In this document: piece by piece, positions 39,407 to 53,814 of the stretch
Position numbering within the stretch: the first letter of the stretch is position 1
Layout: each line of letters starts with the position of its first letter
Assembly (NCBI RefSeq): GCF_037042905.1
Contig: NC_087245.1
Span: 34,350,001-34,414,000 of the forward strand
Reading direction: 5' to 3'
DNA: 64,000 bases
Source: Lytechinus pictus
Lineage: Eukaryota
Position numbers and translations under genes: made by a program
Notes under the pieces: model-generated
What the model saw: the letters and a program-made list of their open reading frames with translations, nothing else
Told to the model about the DNA's origin: nothing
Database searches by the model: none

Positions 39407-40713
39407 CATTAACCCACTTGTTTTGTGATGTAATTTCAACCTCTATGATTGATTACGTAAGATTATAATTTTAAAATTTCTATGCGCTTTTGCATGTCAT
39501 AGTCTACCCACGTGATGCCACTACGTCATTAAGAAAGAAGTTATGACAATGACATGTTCGGAGCTGTCATAAATATTTAGTGAGGTTGTTGTACCCGATC
39601 TTGGTAAAGAGGGCTTCATGAAACGGTTAGCGGACAAGTAGCTCACTATCTCCGATTTAGTCAAGAAGTTAGACTTATGACGGTGTTGAGAAACGGGCCC
39701 CAGGTATTTAGTTATATTACTCATTAAATACGAGTTGTGTGCAGGTCTGTTCCTTTTTCTTTTATCAGAGGGTGAAAATGGACATGTTATTTGGCCAGGA
39801 GGCTCCTAGAGAGTAAAAATCATTTACTAACGTATGCTTAATCTCAACAGAGCCAGGGATTTCTTCCCATTCATCTGCACGTACCGCCAAAAAACCTGAA
39901 ACTTTCGCCCCCAAGATTTCTACTTTCCTTCTAAAAGATCTAGCCCTAAATCATGTAGATGGGATACAACTTCATTTCCGACATTTCTACGATATTGATT
40001 TCATTTTTAACTAAGAATTCATTAAAAAAGCGAGAAAAATGCTTGGCGACAGCACGCAAATCGCGCAATTTATAAAGAACGTGTAGCTGTCTACCGCAAC
40101 AAGGCTTGTCCCAGGAGTTGGGCCAAATTCGTGAGAAAATTGCCGAAATATCATTATCAACAAAAGAACTGGTGAGTACCGATTCAACATTATTAATTTG
40201 TTGAATATTTATAGTCTAGCCAGGCCCATCTATAAAGATTATCACAAATTTTTTGTGATATTCATGCTTAGGTCTCGGCTAGGGCGGCCCAAATTGAGTG
40301 GAGTCCCACTTATTCAACATAAAAGTAGGCGTCTAGCCTAGTGTTCCTTCCTTCGATTTATTTCTTTCCTTCCTTCCTTCTTTCTTTCTTTCATGACTTT
40401 GGTTTCTTTTTCTTTCTTCCTTCCTTCCTTCTTTCTTTCTTCATTAGTTCATTCCTTCCTTTCTTTCTTTCTTATTCTGATTCTTTCTTTCCTTCCTTCC
40501 TTCTTTCTTTCATGACTTTAGTTTCTTTCTTTCTTCATTCTTTCCTTTCTTCTTTCTTTCATGAATTAAGTTTCTTTTTCTTTTATTCATTCCTTTCCTT
40601 CTTCCTTCCTTTCTTTTTCTCTTTCTTAGAATTTGACACAACACAGATTATTAGCGAGTGGGACTACACAGACAAACATGAACGACTTTATTAAAGCGAT
40701 TTTTTAGGCCTAC

Positions 40714-40835
40714 CTTGTACCAGTGCCAACAATGTATGTATTGGTGCCTCGAAGAGTCATAGGTCCAGGGTTACATCCTAAAACTCGAATGATTCGAGCT
40801 GAAAGTCGTTCGATATTTGGAATTACGGTACTCAT
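40714..40835 (-). CDS. LACTB2: LACTB2 exon 1a ([40 protein letters not shown])
   Basis: 122 nt, ATG at 40835, AG|GTAGG donor; [18 protein letters not shown] is the canonical LACTB2 N-terminal motif. Confidence 0.95.
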
Positions 40836-41109
40836 TTTGCCGCAGAAACTGAGATCTTTCTCTGTTCCTCTTGCGCTCTCTCTCCAGTTTCACGCATTTT
40901 CTCGGTGTAAAAATCTCGTTTTACAAAATACAACCACATTACTAGTGTAGGCGCCATACAGTAGAGATATCTGCGAAGATTTCCGGTTTGTTTTGTCTTG
41001 ACTTGATTAAGCTGATAATCATACTGTTCTTTACATTGCAATCGCCGTTGATTACCAATCGATGTGAATTTGTCATGTTTTTCAGATCTGTCTCTGGACC
41101 ACGGCAAAG
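40836..41109. promoter_or_regulatory. Divergent intergenic / bidirectional promoter region between LACTB2 and STK3/4
   Basis: Only 274 bp separate the two oppositely oriented start codons; locally CpG-richer than the surrounding DNA. Confidence 0.6.
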
Positions 41110-41123
41110 ATGACTTCAACAAG
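41110..41123 (+). CDS. STK3: Hippo/MST kinase coding exon 1 (MTST-S)
   Basis: AAAG-ATG context, AG|GTAAAA donor, phase 2 matches the next exon. Confidence 0.65.
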
Positions 41124-41751
41124 GTAAAATGATATTTATTGGAGCAAGGATCGGGTAATATGTGTGACGTGTTTTGTAGAAATGAACAAGATTTCATATA
41201 CCGGTAGGTACCACACACAGATTTGTATATGTGGGCACAGGTTTCAAAAGTGGATTCGGCCTAGCTTAGAAACAACAACCACAACGACTAGATCTAGTCC
41301 ACTCTTTTTAATTCTCACCAATAAATCATAAAATGTAATATCTTCAAATGAGAGAAAACATATTTAAATTAACAAAACAGCCATATTTGTTCGGTTAGAC
41401 AACACTCAGTTGACGACATCGCGACATGGTTGATAATTGATTTTTATAAACGAATAGGGCCTATTCGTTTAGCGATTGATAATTGAAGCCATTTTTAAAT
41501 TATTATTTTGATTGTTCATCATGTTCATGTATTTCAAGACTTTTATTTTAATTTTGTTTTCAATTTGCCTTAGAAAATGTTACGATACTTTGTATGAAAA
41601 CTTTATAATATATGTAACTTGCATGTTTGTAAAATTGATTACAATTCTGCCTTTGGCTGCGATGATCTTTTATTAATAAACTATTTTATCGATCCTATCT
41701 ATCTATAACAGTATCATTATCTCATGTCAAAAATCCTTCTCTCTTGTGTAG

Positions 41752-41832
41752 TATGTTGAAGAGACTAAGTGAAGATGCACTCACTAAGGAGCCTGAAGAG
41801 GTGTTTGATCTCCTAGAGAAATTGGGAGAAGG
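41752..41832 (+). CDS. STK3: Hippo/MST kinase exon 2 (MLKRLSEDALTKEPEEVFDLLEKLGEG)
   Basis: 81 nt, TAG/GTGAGT; typical MST1/2 N-terminus. Probably the single co-orthologue of STK3 and STK4. Confidence 0.95.
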
Positions 41833-43397
41833 GTGAGTAAAGTGTCTTACTTTGGATCCTAGGGCCGATTGCCCAAAAGGGTCTTTGCAAGAATTGCCTC
41901 TCGCGTCGCCCATTTATTATGCGCCATGTGAAACGCATTTTAAATAAAATACCTGCAAACATATTTTATTTGTCGTTTAACAAAATCTTTCTTTATAAAA
42001 TGATGTGATATCTCTTGAAATTGTATTAAAAAATGATTTAAAAGCTAGCTGAATTTTTTTTATTTGTTTATCTTAAATTTCAGGAACATCCTGCATATAG
42101 CTTATCATAAAAGATGGGTGACACGAAAGACAGTCCTTGGAAAGACCCTTTTGTGCAATCGGCCCCCATCTACTTCTAACAACGTGTTACAATTTAATTA
42201 AGCTTTATAAATGGAGCATTGCAAGAAAATGTTGAATAGAAAATTGTTTGATTAAAATGTTAAAGTAACAAAATATTAATGCTATTGATTTATTATTTTG
42301 AAATAAGACATATGTTTAACTACAACTTAATCGATGACTTGAATATGAAAAGCCAATGATGAGTTGTGTTCAAACATTTTTTATTGAACCAGAGATGAGT
42401 TTGGAGTAATAATCTTATTACCAATAAATATTGTCATTACAGAAACTACTGTTGGGTCTCTATTACTGGAAATAATGTCACTCTTTATATGATGAAACCC
42501 TACCAAAAAAAAACTCATCGACTTTATTTTTGTCATTTTATACTTGTTATATGTGTTGTGTAACTGTGGCAAACACGTTTCTCTATTAAAGCTAAGGCCC
42601 CAACCTAGTATAACACTCCTAAGGTCACTCTTCCCTTGTCTCCTATGATGTTCCAGTTGAAATCAAATCTCAAAAGGTCTCCTAAAATAAACAAATATAA
42701 ATGAAGGAGGAAACACACAAAGTAACACAGATCTTTACAATTGATATCAATGACATCGTTGGCTGTACTTCAAAATCTCACCTGTGCCAATGCAACCAAA
42801 TCATTGATTAATTCAATCAATTAGATGTAAGGAAATCATTGTGGTCAACCAAATACACTCTAACTGCTATTGATCAAGAACCAATGGAAGCATGGAAGGA
42901 TGGTCATAACTCATGAGATAGTTCTGCATATTAATAAGTACTATACAATGTTAACATAAAAACTATACAATGGATAAACTAGGAAGCATGACCAAGGGGA
43001 CATTGAATGAGAGAATGGAATGCAGTGAACCTGGTGAAATTCTGTTGCTATGTCAGGGATATAATGTATGTGGATCGTATTGATTCGATGAAGGATGAGG
43101 TCATTATATGGAATATTAATTAACAAATTAGATGTAAACATTGAAGTCTGGAAAGCAAAATGTTAAGGCAGGTAGTGAATAAATCCAGAAAATTTGACTT
43201 GCACTAGATGCCTATGAAAATGGCACCAAGGCTTGTGAATAGGGGATCAGCAACCATTTTCGTCACATGTAGATGACCTTCAATTCATTTTTAGGCCCCC
43301 AAAATAGATAATGATCAATAATCACTTCAGCAATTCGTTGCATATTGAAAAGTCGTAAAATAAGTTATTTTCTAATGTTTTTTTTTTCCTTTCCCAG

Positions 43398-43578
43398 TTC
43401 CTATGGAAGTGTATACAAGGCAATGCACAAGGAGTCTGGTCAGGTCTTGGCCATCAAGCAAGTACCGGTAGATACAGACCTACAAGAAATCATCAAAGAA
43501 ATCTCAATCATGCAGCAATGTGACAGCACTTACGTTGTCAAGTACTATGGAAGCTACTTCAAGAACACAGACCTCTGG
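43398..43578 (+). CDS. STK3: Hippo/MST kinase exon 3 (SYGSVYKA...LAIKQVPV...YFKNTDLW)
   Basis: 181 nt, CAG/GT; Gly loop and catalytic Lys (AIK). Confidence 0.95.
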
Positions 43579-44954
43579 GTATTTATACAAAATTTCATCA
43601 CATTTTATTCTTCTTTTTTTTCTACATTGTCTCAGACTTATAGACCCATATTCTGAACTTGGGTTTGATTTAAACACTGGACTGGTCTAAAGTTGTGGTT
43701 TGATTATTGAGAGCCATTTATGTCACATAAACCTTTTAATAAAGGAATGGTCCGGGCTGAAAATATATCTAAATAAATAGAGTAAAGTTCAAAGAGCAAA
43801 ATGCTGAAAATTTTATCAAAATCGGATAATAAATAATGAAGATATTGAATTTTAAAGTTTATCAATATTTTGTGAAAACAGTTATATGCACATCATCATG
43901 AATATTCATTAGGGGGGCTGTTGATGTCACATCTTCACTTTCCTTTTTCATATGTTATTACATGAAATCATAAATGTTTCATTTTTCATACATGTATAAA
44001 TGATGTGTCTCCATTATGATGAAAAAAGTTGCGACAATAGATAACTAATGCATTAAATCAGTTGTCAATCCAATTGTTTTAGTTCTTGGTAGAAAATTTT
44101 TGAATAAACCTAATTTCTTATAATAAAATACGAAAGAACAAGTTGGGATATGACATCATCAGCCCTATCTAATGAATATTCATAAAGACATGCCTAGAAC
44201 TGTTTCACCTGAATAATGCAAATCTTTAAATATTCAATAACTTTGTTATCCGATTTTGATCAAATTTTCAGCATTTTGCTTTGTGAATTTTACTCTATTT
44301 ATTGAGATATGAATATCTCCAGCCTGGACCATCCCTTTAAAATTATAGCTCAATTTATCAACTCATTGCAATTCAAATCATTCTTAAATGTGTAGAAGTA
44401 ATGAAAAGACAGTTGTCTCTACCATTAAAGATTGAGGAAAGAGAGCAGTAAACGTAAAGAAAAACTATATCTGCAAAATGTGTAAATTTTTGGCTTCCCA
44501 TAATTCATGCACTGAGGTAGACCAGGGTACAAATTAAACTGGGTTTCCGAATATGAGCTAAAGAGTTTTTTTTTTTTTTTTAATGTTTTTATTGAACAAA
44601 TCAAAACAAATCACAAACAATCACAAGCAATCAAAGCATTTACAAAATATTGTATCATTAAACAACAAAAAAAGAGAGGAAAAAAAAAAAAAAAAGGCAG
44701 CCTTTTTATATCCAATCTTACATCAGCTCTAATCAGAGCCAAAGAGTTACGTTTATGAGGGTAATTTTTTTTCAAATTAAAGAAGAAATACATGAGGAAT
44801 CATTTGGATCATTTAGAGGCTATTAATTTCATTTGAATCTAAAAAAATGACTTTTATGTACATCAGTATTTTGTGTACCTTTATAATCATATCAAGTTAT
44901 ATGATAAGTTGTTCATGTTTCGCCAACAATACCTCAAGGATAATCATAGGCAGA

Positions 44955-45030
44955 CTGGGTGGGATTTGAACCCATGACCTCTGGATTAATTACCAGACCA
45001 GTGTCATAACCACTAGACCACCGGAGTGCC
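44955..45030 (-). mobile_element. tRNA-like SINE head remnant
   Basis: GGTGGTCTAGTGGTTA (A box) and GGTTCAAATCCC (B box) on the minus strand, without a proper cloverleaf. Confidence 0.5.
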
Positions 45031-45932
45031 CTTCTTGATCTGGGTTCTGGATATGAAATCATATCAACTATTTGCTGTTAAATTTCCTGTGTAAGAAAAA
45101 AGTATTTTCTTACATAAATAAAGCAGTGAAATGATTTTATGGGATATTCTACATGTAGATCAGCAGGTTCATGTGGATTAATTTCTGTTCAGTGTAATAG
45201 ATTTAAAATCCCAATCTTACATCTTTTATTTTCATAATTTTTTCATGGAATATAAATGTGAGGATATTGTATTTCACCTCATCCTGTGTTTTGTAATTCA
45301 TTCGATTCCCCAAAGCTTACTCATACATTGAAATTATAGGAAATATTCCATGAGCCATCTTTTAATTGTTAAGCTATGGTCCAATTTTCATATTTTTTAA
45401 TGGAATATAAATGTGTGGAGATTCTATTTCACCTCGCCCTGTGTTTTGTAATTCATTCAATTCCCCCAAAGCTTACTCATACATTGAAATTATAGGAAAA
45501 ATTCCATGAGCCATCTTTTTAAATTGTTATGCTATGGTCCAATTTGTTCATCATGGATTCCACTGATGAGATTAAAAGCTATAGTCCAGGGGAGCGTTTC
45601 ATGAAAGGACTTGTCGGACGTTTTATCCGACAAGTCATGTATTATCCGACAATTACCATAGTAACAGTGACTCTCAGCCAATCAGAATTACGGAAAGTTG
45701 TCAGATCAGACAACTTGTCGGACAAAAATGTTAATGAAACGCTCCCCAGGCCCTGGTAATAAATCTTGAAAGTTATATATCTTGGGACTGAAGGAGGAGG
45801 GGGGGTTCTGTTCATATACAAAATAAAAGTGTTCTTAAAGCCCTCTGAGCTCTGATCAATCCCAAGTGGCATGGACATTTAATTGTACATGTTATGAGTT
45901 CACTGTATTTTCTTCTCTTGTTTCTCCTGAAG

Positions 45933-45995
45933 ATTGTAATGGAATATTGTGGAGCAGGTTCGGTATCAGATATCATGAGAAGAAGAAATAAAACG
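45933..45995 (+). CDS. STK3: Hippo/MST kinase exon 4 (IVMEYCGAGSVSDIMRRRNKT)
   Basis: 63 nt, AG/GTAAGT; hinge region. Confidence 0.95.
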
Positions 45996-46333
45996 GTAAG
46001 TATCTGGGTGCAAATGTAAAGGCTTATAGATACTAAAATGGTTAAGTTAAGTTGTATCTCGCAGAGGGAGCACAATAGTATAAAGTACTAAGTATGTATT
46101 AGTCAGGCCAGTGCACACTTTATGATTGCTTGGTGCCCCAATTTCGGGATGATATGTTGCCTTTGAACATTTGATGTAAACGTTGGATCATCAGACATCC
46201 TATAGTCAAAGTTCTGAATAGTTATCTATTAAATTCAAGCTCGTACTCTTCCTCTCTTTGTCTGTTATCCATTCAAATTTGGATTTTCTGTAATTTTACT
46301 GTATTTGTCTTTTTATGTTTCTGTTTTATTTAG

Positions 46334-46498
46334 TTGAGTGAAGCTGAAATAGCAACTATTCTCTACTCCACTTTGAAAGGCCTAGAGTATCTCCATTTCA
46401 TGAGGAAAATACACCGAGACATCAAAGCAGGAAACATACTTCTCAACAATGAGGGCAATGCTAAACTCGCTGATTTCGGTGTTGCGGGGCAGCTCACT
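46334..46498 (+). CDS. STK3: Hippo/MST kinase exon 5 (LSEAEIA...[12 protein letters not shown]...[10 protein letters not shown])
   Basis: 165 nt, TAG/GTAAGT; HRD and DFG motifs. Confidence 0.97.
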
Positions 46499-47056
46499 GT
46501 AAGTCCTTGAAAAAGCCTTCTCCAGCTTTAGATTTGTGCTTTTTCGATTATTGCATTTTCTTTCTATCTACGTACTCTCCATTGTAATGTACTCAAACTG
46601 CAGAGTTGCAATCTCATTTTGAAATAATGTATTTAATGATTTAACCTTGCAGCAGTCAAACTTTAGGATAAACTGTCTCTTGAAATAAGATTAAACTCTC
46701 CTCACATTGATGATTGAAACTAATTTTATTTGCAGGAGCTCTTGATCATCTCTTTTTTTTTAGAATTATGTCTCACAGTGAAAACAATATATCTCTTTAA
46801 TTAAGAATAATTAAAAAGGTATGCTATAATTATTAACAAAAATGTGAATTTGGCAGTTTCAGTCGACGATGGAACTTCCTGTGCGCAGTGTTGTTAGTCT
46901 TTTACAGAGTGTCTCTTTTCTCTTTTCTTGCATCAATCAAAGCATATTCTATTTTGCAGACATTTGTAGCAAATTTTGCACAGAGCCAAGTCAAGGGGGA
47001 AAAGAATAGCGTAGATAGATGATCTTCATTATTTCCTTCAGGATACACTGCTATAA

Positions 47057-48113
<1,057 letters not shown>

Positions 48114-48764
48114 GTGTTTGAATTCTTGATGTTATGGTGGTATGCAATTGATACCTCAAATTTCTTCATTATTATCTTGATGTATGAATGACCACCCTAT
48201 CTGTGCGTAGCTGGAAAGGTAATATTGATTCTGAATCCTAGAAAGTTGCTAACTGCTTTTAGTGCATTTCATTTCCTGATTTTATAGTCGTCCTCTGTAT
48301 GGAATGATTTTGATTTCGGAAGCTGAATCTTGGACAATTCCCCCGTATACATTGTCACTACATCCGACTTACCAAGTACTAGGTGGGATGAATATTGTGT
48401 GCCAAAGACTAATAAAGTGAGATCCATATTTATGAAAATAATTTCCCTTGTGTGATTAGTATTCATGTATGTATATATTTATAACCACTGGAAGTGGGGC
48501 AGAAGGAGTATTGCCACAGTTATCCAGTTAACTGCCCCTGACATTCCAGTGGTTAATTTCTATTCCTATTGTTCATTCTTTGATATTTGAATTGAATGTA
48601 TTCATTATGTAATTTTCTTTTTGCCAAACGAATATTATACTAGTAGTTGAGCAGCTATCTAGTTACCTCTTTTATCCAAAAATGACAAACTCAAAATTCT
48701 GGTCAGAGTTGGTTGCAACATAATCACAATATGCCTCTGTCTTGAATTTCACCATCTCGTACAG

Positions 48765-48902
48765 GCGATCTTCATGATCCCGACAAAACCTCCTCCTACG
48801 TTTAGAGATCCTGAGAAATGGTCTCAAGACTTCATTGATTTCACATCCAAGTGCCTGATCAAGAGCCCAGAAGACAGAGCAACAGCAACAGATTTATTAC
48901 AG
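48765..48902 (+). CDS. STK3: Hippo/MST kinase exon 7 (AIFMIPTKPPPTF...RATATDLLQ)
   Basis: 138 nt, CAG/GTAAGT. Confidence 0.95.
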
Positions 48903-50096
48903 GTAAGTGCTGGTCCGGGCAAGGTGCCACAAATCAAAGTTCAGGGCCCCACCTTACAAATAGTTACAATAGATCTGGGCCCCGTCTTACAAAGAGTAAC
49001 GATTGATCCAATCAATAGTAACTATGAAAATCCATCAGTGTCATAACTTTTTTCCAGGAAATTTGCAAAATGTCCTTTGTAAACAAAGGAGACCACACCA
49101 AAGTGTCAAGAAATCAATGAATTTATGGATATACATTCATATCTACAATGTATATATTTTTTTAACAAACATGCATTTTATATGTTGACTTTGCTGGCTT
49201 TCCATAGTTGCGATTGATCAGATCATTTGCAACTCTTTGAAAGACGGGGCCCTGATCAACCTCAACTATATGGAAATCCATCAATGGCATAATTTTTTCC
49301 TCCAGGAAATTTGCCCAATGTTCTTTGTAAACAAAGAAAAGCACACTAAATTCACAAGAAATTGAATAGAAATATGAATAGACGATATATCTCGAAAATA
49401 TTTTGAACAAACATGCGTTTCAGATGTTGACGTGGCTGGCTTTCCATAGTTGTGGTTGATCGGATTAATTGCAAGTGTTTGTGAGACAAGCCCCAAGAAT
49501 ATCTGTGTATTAAAATAAATGCCAGAAGAGTTAACAATCTGTGCCGGCCACACAAAAACATTGTAAGCGTTCACAGAGCTCTAACAGTAGGCCCAGTTTC
49601 ATCTTTCGTATTGTGATATCAAGATGTGAATAACTTGTTGTTGTGACATTAGGCATCCCTGCAACTATACCAGTTGTAACAGGGCCCGTGTTAGCGGATT
49701 GTTAGCACTAACGATGTGTCTGTGCAGCGGGTACTGAACATGAGTTCAACCTGAATCAAAGGAAAAGACATCCAAATTTTTAGCTGTCTAGATTAAAAAG
49801 GGGGTCAAGTGATTCTGGGAGAATAATTATAATTTCTGAGAAATTGAAAAAAACTCTTTAAGTATCATTGACCTTAAATTCCAATCCCTTAACTACACAG
49901 ATTCAGGTCAATCAAAATTTTAGTTTGAAACAAATCTATCGCAACTCTTTATTAGACGGGGCCCAGAAGTCAAACATGAGCAAAATTCCAGCATGAAAAA
50001 GTTTTGATATTCCATACAAAATTTATGATAAACTAGAGATTGAAAAACTGTTTCTGAAAACAAAGCTCGATTATTCTGCTTTCTCTGTGTATCTAG

Positions 50097-50210
50097 CACC
50101 CGTTTGTTAGGGATGCTAAACCAGTTTCAATTCTCAACACTATGATCAACGAGGCCAATCACATCAGAGAGAGAGAAAAGCTCAAGGAAGATGATGACGA
50201 TGAAGGATCT
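50097..50210 (+). CDS. STK3: Hippo/MST kinase exon 8 (HPFVRDAKPVSILNTMINEA...EDDDDEGS)
   Basis: 114 nt, TAG/GTGAGT; end of kinase domain. Confidence 0.92.
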
Positions 50211-52589
50211 GTGAGTATTATGAAATATTGTCTAAAAATAATAAGGTTTTTCTCTCTTTTTTGTGTGTGTTTTGTGTTGAATGTGGAGTCATTTTAAAAG
50301 GTCAGGTTCAGAGGCAGTGATTTTCCGTTTCTTAAAACATGTAATTTAATTACAGGCTTGATTCAAAATGGAAATTTCATAGAAAATGCACACAGCAAAC
50401 AGCATGAATTCTGTGTTGCAAAGGTATTAAGTTTAATGAATTTTTCCTTATGAAAAGAAAAGGACCACAAAGGAAATTTTTTTTTATTTACCGCTATACC
50501 GAAAATCACTGTCCCTACAGGTTTACTACAAATATATGTCTCATTTTTTGTTGAGTAAATGTGTGTGTTTACGTTTCATTAACTCATCCAACTGAATATT
50601 CATGTCTCCTCATGGGTACTAGAGGCATGTTCTTTGCTTGGTTGTCCATTCATCCATCCAAGTGTGAACAGGTCCAGGGGCCGTTTCATAAAGCTGTTCG
50701 TAAGATAAGAGCGAATTTAAAAAAATTTAAGAACTACTGGTGAACCTTTCTTACGCGCTAAGCCATCACCAATGATGACCAGTCGTTCTTAAAGTCACTC
50801 TTAACTTACGAACAGCTTTATGAAACACATACGTTGGCCACATACGTTGCTTCATGGGAAAGGGTCCATGCCATGTGGGTAGAAAATGGGTCCAAAAGAT
50901 ATTCCCTTGACATCACCGTGTCTCAAGAAAAATGTTTCAGATTTCTACAAAAGGGAGCAAATGGCATATGAACTGTTAATGGTTTTAAATGATGTGTTCA
51001 CCATTTAGAATTATGTAAATTGGAGACACACTTTGCTTATTTACAGGAAATTGCATCTACGGCACTTGCTTCCTTTTGTCAGATTGTGATTTTGAAGGAC
51101 TGCTACTACAATGCAAAGTAAATTTCATAAGAAAATTTCTTTGACTTTAGCTGAATTATCCTTAAAGATATCTTAGAAGATGTCCAATTAGATTTATATA
51201 TATATATATATATATATATGATATAGACATCAACAATGGGTGACATAGCAGGAAAGTCACTCTGAATCATTTATGAATATAGAGTTGATATCTTTTTAAT
51301 AAATGTTTGACAATAATAATCATTTGTGTAGTTGTTCCAACAGAATCTAACATAATATACAACAGAATGACATGTTGCATTAAAAATATGATAGAATACA
51401 TAAGGCTCCCCCCCCCCCCGATGCATTCTCGAAGGTGCCTTGAAGGAAAAAAAATGGAATTTAAAAATTCCTGTATCGAACTCTGGGCAATGTAGCAGGG
51501 GATATCTTAAACATCATATAGTTGTATAAAAAACAAACAAAATCAGCAAATTATATGCTTAAAGTCAATAAATTGCAAAATTCATATGAAATCAGACGTT
51601 GCTAGCATGTCTCAAAGAAATAGCATGCAAATGAGAGAAAATAGCAGAAATTTTGTGGAATAATTTGCATTGAGAAAGCTTTTGCGGAATGAATTAAACG
51701 GTAAGTTTCAAAATGTTGTTTAAAAAAAAAACAGTGATGGAAATGAAGTTCAATCTAATTTACATTGTACGGAATATTCTGTGTTGTGATGTAGGCCCTC
51801 ATCATATGTAGATAAGGCTTGTTTAGACACTGCGTGACAAAGTTCAGGAAAAAAGTTCAACAATATTGTTTATCATCCTGTACATGTAATTGTACTCGTA
51901 ATTTTGGACAAATTTCCTTTTTTTTCAGATTTAATTGATGCATATACTTAATATTTATATACATCAGGGCTCCACACTAACTCTTTTTTTCTACTGGTCC
52001 AACCTGTTCATGTCGGACTGGTCAGTAGATACCCAGTTTTTCCATTTTTTACTGGTCCGCACCTCAAATTTACTGGTCCCCCAAAATGAAGAAAAACATA
52101 AAAAAGACTTTATTTTATTTTCTGGTCTTTTATTGCTTCTATTGCCCCCCCCCCAAAAAAAAACAACATACAAACAGTACACACACACAACATAATTCAC
52201 GAGAGCCATATCTCAACTTTGGAGAGCCATTTTTATCATTTACAAAAGTGGAAAAAATATAATTTTTATCAGTTAGATATATTTTTTACTGGTCATGTCT
52301 GACCAGTAAATCTGGCTATTTCAGAAAAGTTCTGGCCTAACTGCAATTTTTACTGGTCTGAGACCATCGGACTGGTGCCAGTGTCGCATGCTGTATACAT
52401 AGTTGAGAGATTTTCTGCACAATGTCTTGACAATAAAATGTTGTTTGGCTTTAATTCCAGGCTTAAGTTTTTTTAGTGGTGTCTGTACATATACATGTTC
52501 ACACTAACATTTTTGAAAATCATTAATAATTTGATGTGCAGTGACATACATGTACAATTTGTATTTCTCCCTAACATGTGTTTTCTCAG

Positions 52590-52619
52590 GATTTTGAGGA
52601 TGATATATACACCATTGTG
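52590..52619 (+). CDS. Candidate 30-nt cassette microexon A (DFEDDIYTIV)
   Basis: CTAAC branch-like motif, TTTTCTCAG acceptor, GTG|GTAAGG donor, phase 0/0 as required in this intron. Confidence 0.5.
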
Positions 52620-53814
52620 GTAAGGTTGTGCATGCGTCAAATGCGAGAATCATGGAATCATTCAGCATAATGTTCCCTATAGAGGTCCTCTGTCCGTTAA
52701 AAAGAACAATCATGTTTGCGATTGCATCAGGGCATATGCACTTGTCCTTGTCAGCGTTCATTTTCCATCCAGTTGTTAAAACAACCAGGCATGATGAATT
52801 CAGATCGAGTATTTATTTCCAAATTCATTAAGTAGAACACATAATAATGAATAAAATATACATGTATTTTAGATTTAATGTGCATACTGTTACATACACC
52901 AGTGTCTGCCATTTTGCTCAAAATGTATTTCATAGGAAAATGGATTTCAATGCACTTAGAGATATCAAACAGGTACATTGTCTGGTATGGCTATTATTTA
53001 GTATGAAAGCTGTTGTTGATCAACTGCACTGTTTGAGAGAAGAAATGTTAAAAATTATACATTTTTGGTTTCATTTGGTCTTTTTAATATGTGGGTTCTA
53101 AAACCTGGATTATAATTCTGATTTATATAATTGTTCTTTACTAGGAGCATGTTAACATGTGAAGAGTTAAATGTATATCAGAAATAAATAAAATTAAACA
53201 CTAATCTAACATGATTGCTCTACATGTATTTAATTACAGAACATAATGTAAACAAGCTTAGATACTTAAATATAAGAAAAGTTTAGATATTTTACTTATA
53301 AGACTAAGATAATGATAACAGTTGTAAGGTCCTCGTATGAAGCATTTTTGTGATTAGAAATGCATAGATTATTCATATCAAATAATAACTACCTGTAATC
53401 TAATAAAATAAAAACTAATCTGATTGATCTATATTTATTTCATTAAAGAACATTTATGATGTAAACAAGCTTAAAAATAAGAAAAGTTTAGATATTTTAC
53501 TTATGAATGAGAGGATAATAATATTTGTAAGATTGTCATATGAAGCATTTGTATGATTTGAAATGCATAGATCATTCATATCAAATCTATATGAAAATAG
53601 AAATAGAAATTAATCACATACATACTGTAGAGCTCAATTCCTTTCTTTTCTCCCTTGTATCAAAAACCAATTTAAGAGACTGACAAGATAACAATGAAAT
53701 GTACAACATGCATGAGGATAAAATGCAAGTTTTTTGTGATAATTGCTTGGTATAAAAAAGAAGCAATCATATGTATGATTCTACATCCTGTTTAGTCATA
53801 CTAGGGAAAGACAT

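Larger units (their letters stand above)
35764..39700. mobile_element. Harbinger-like non-autonomous element, outer shell of a nested stack
   Basis: Perfect 18-bp TIR GGGCCCGTTTCTCAACAC; CAG on both flanks. Confidence 0.8.

Noticed and set aside
45245..45545. ~150-bp local tandem duplication (similar small ones at 26942-27102 and 53170-53590)
   Set aside because: Ordinary intronic duplications with no coding or splice signal.
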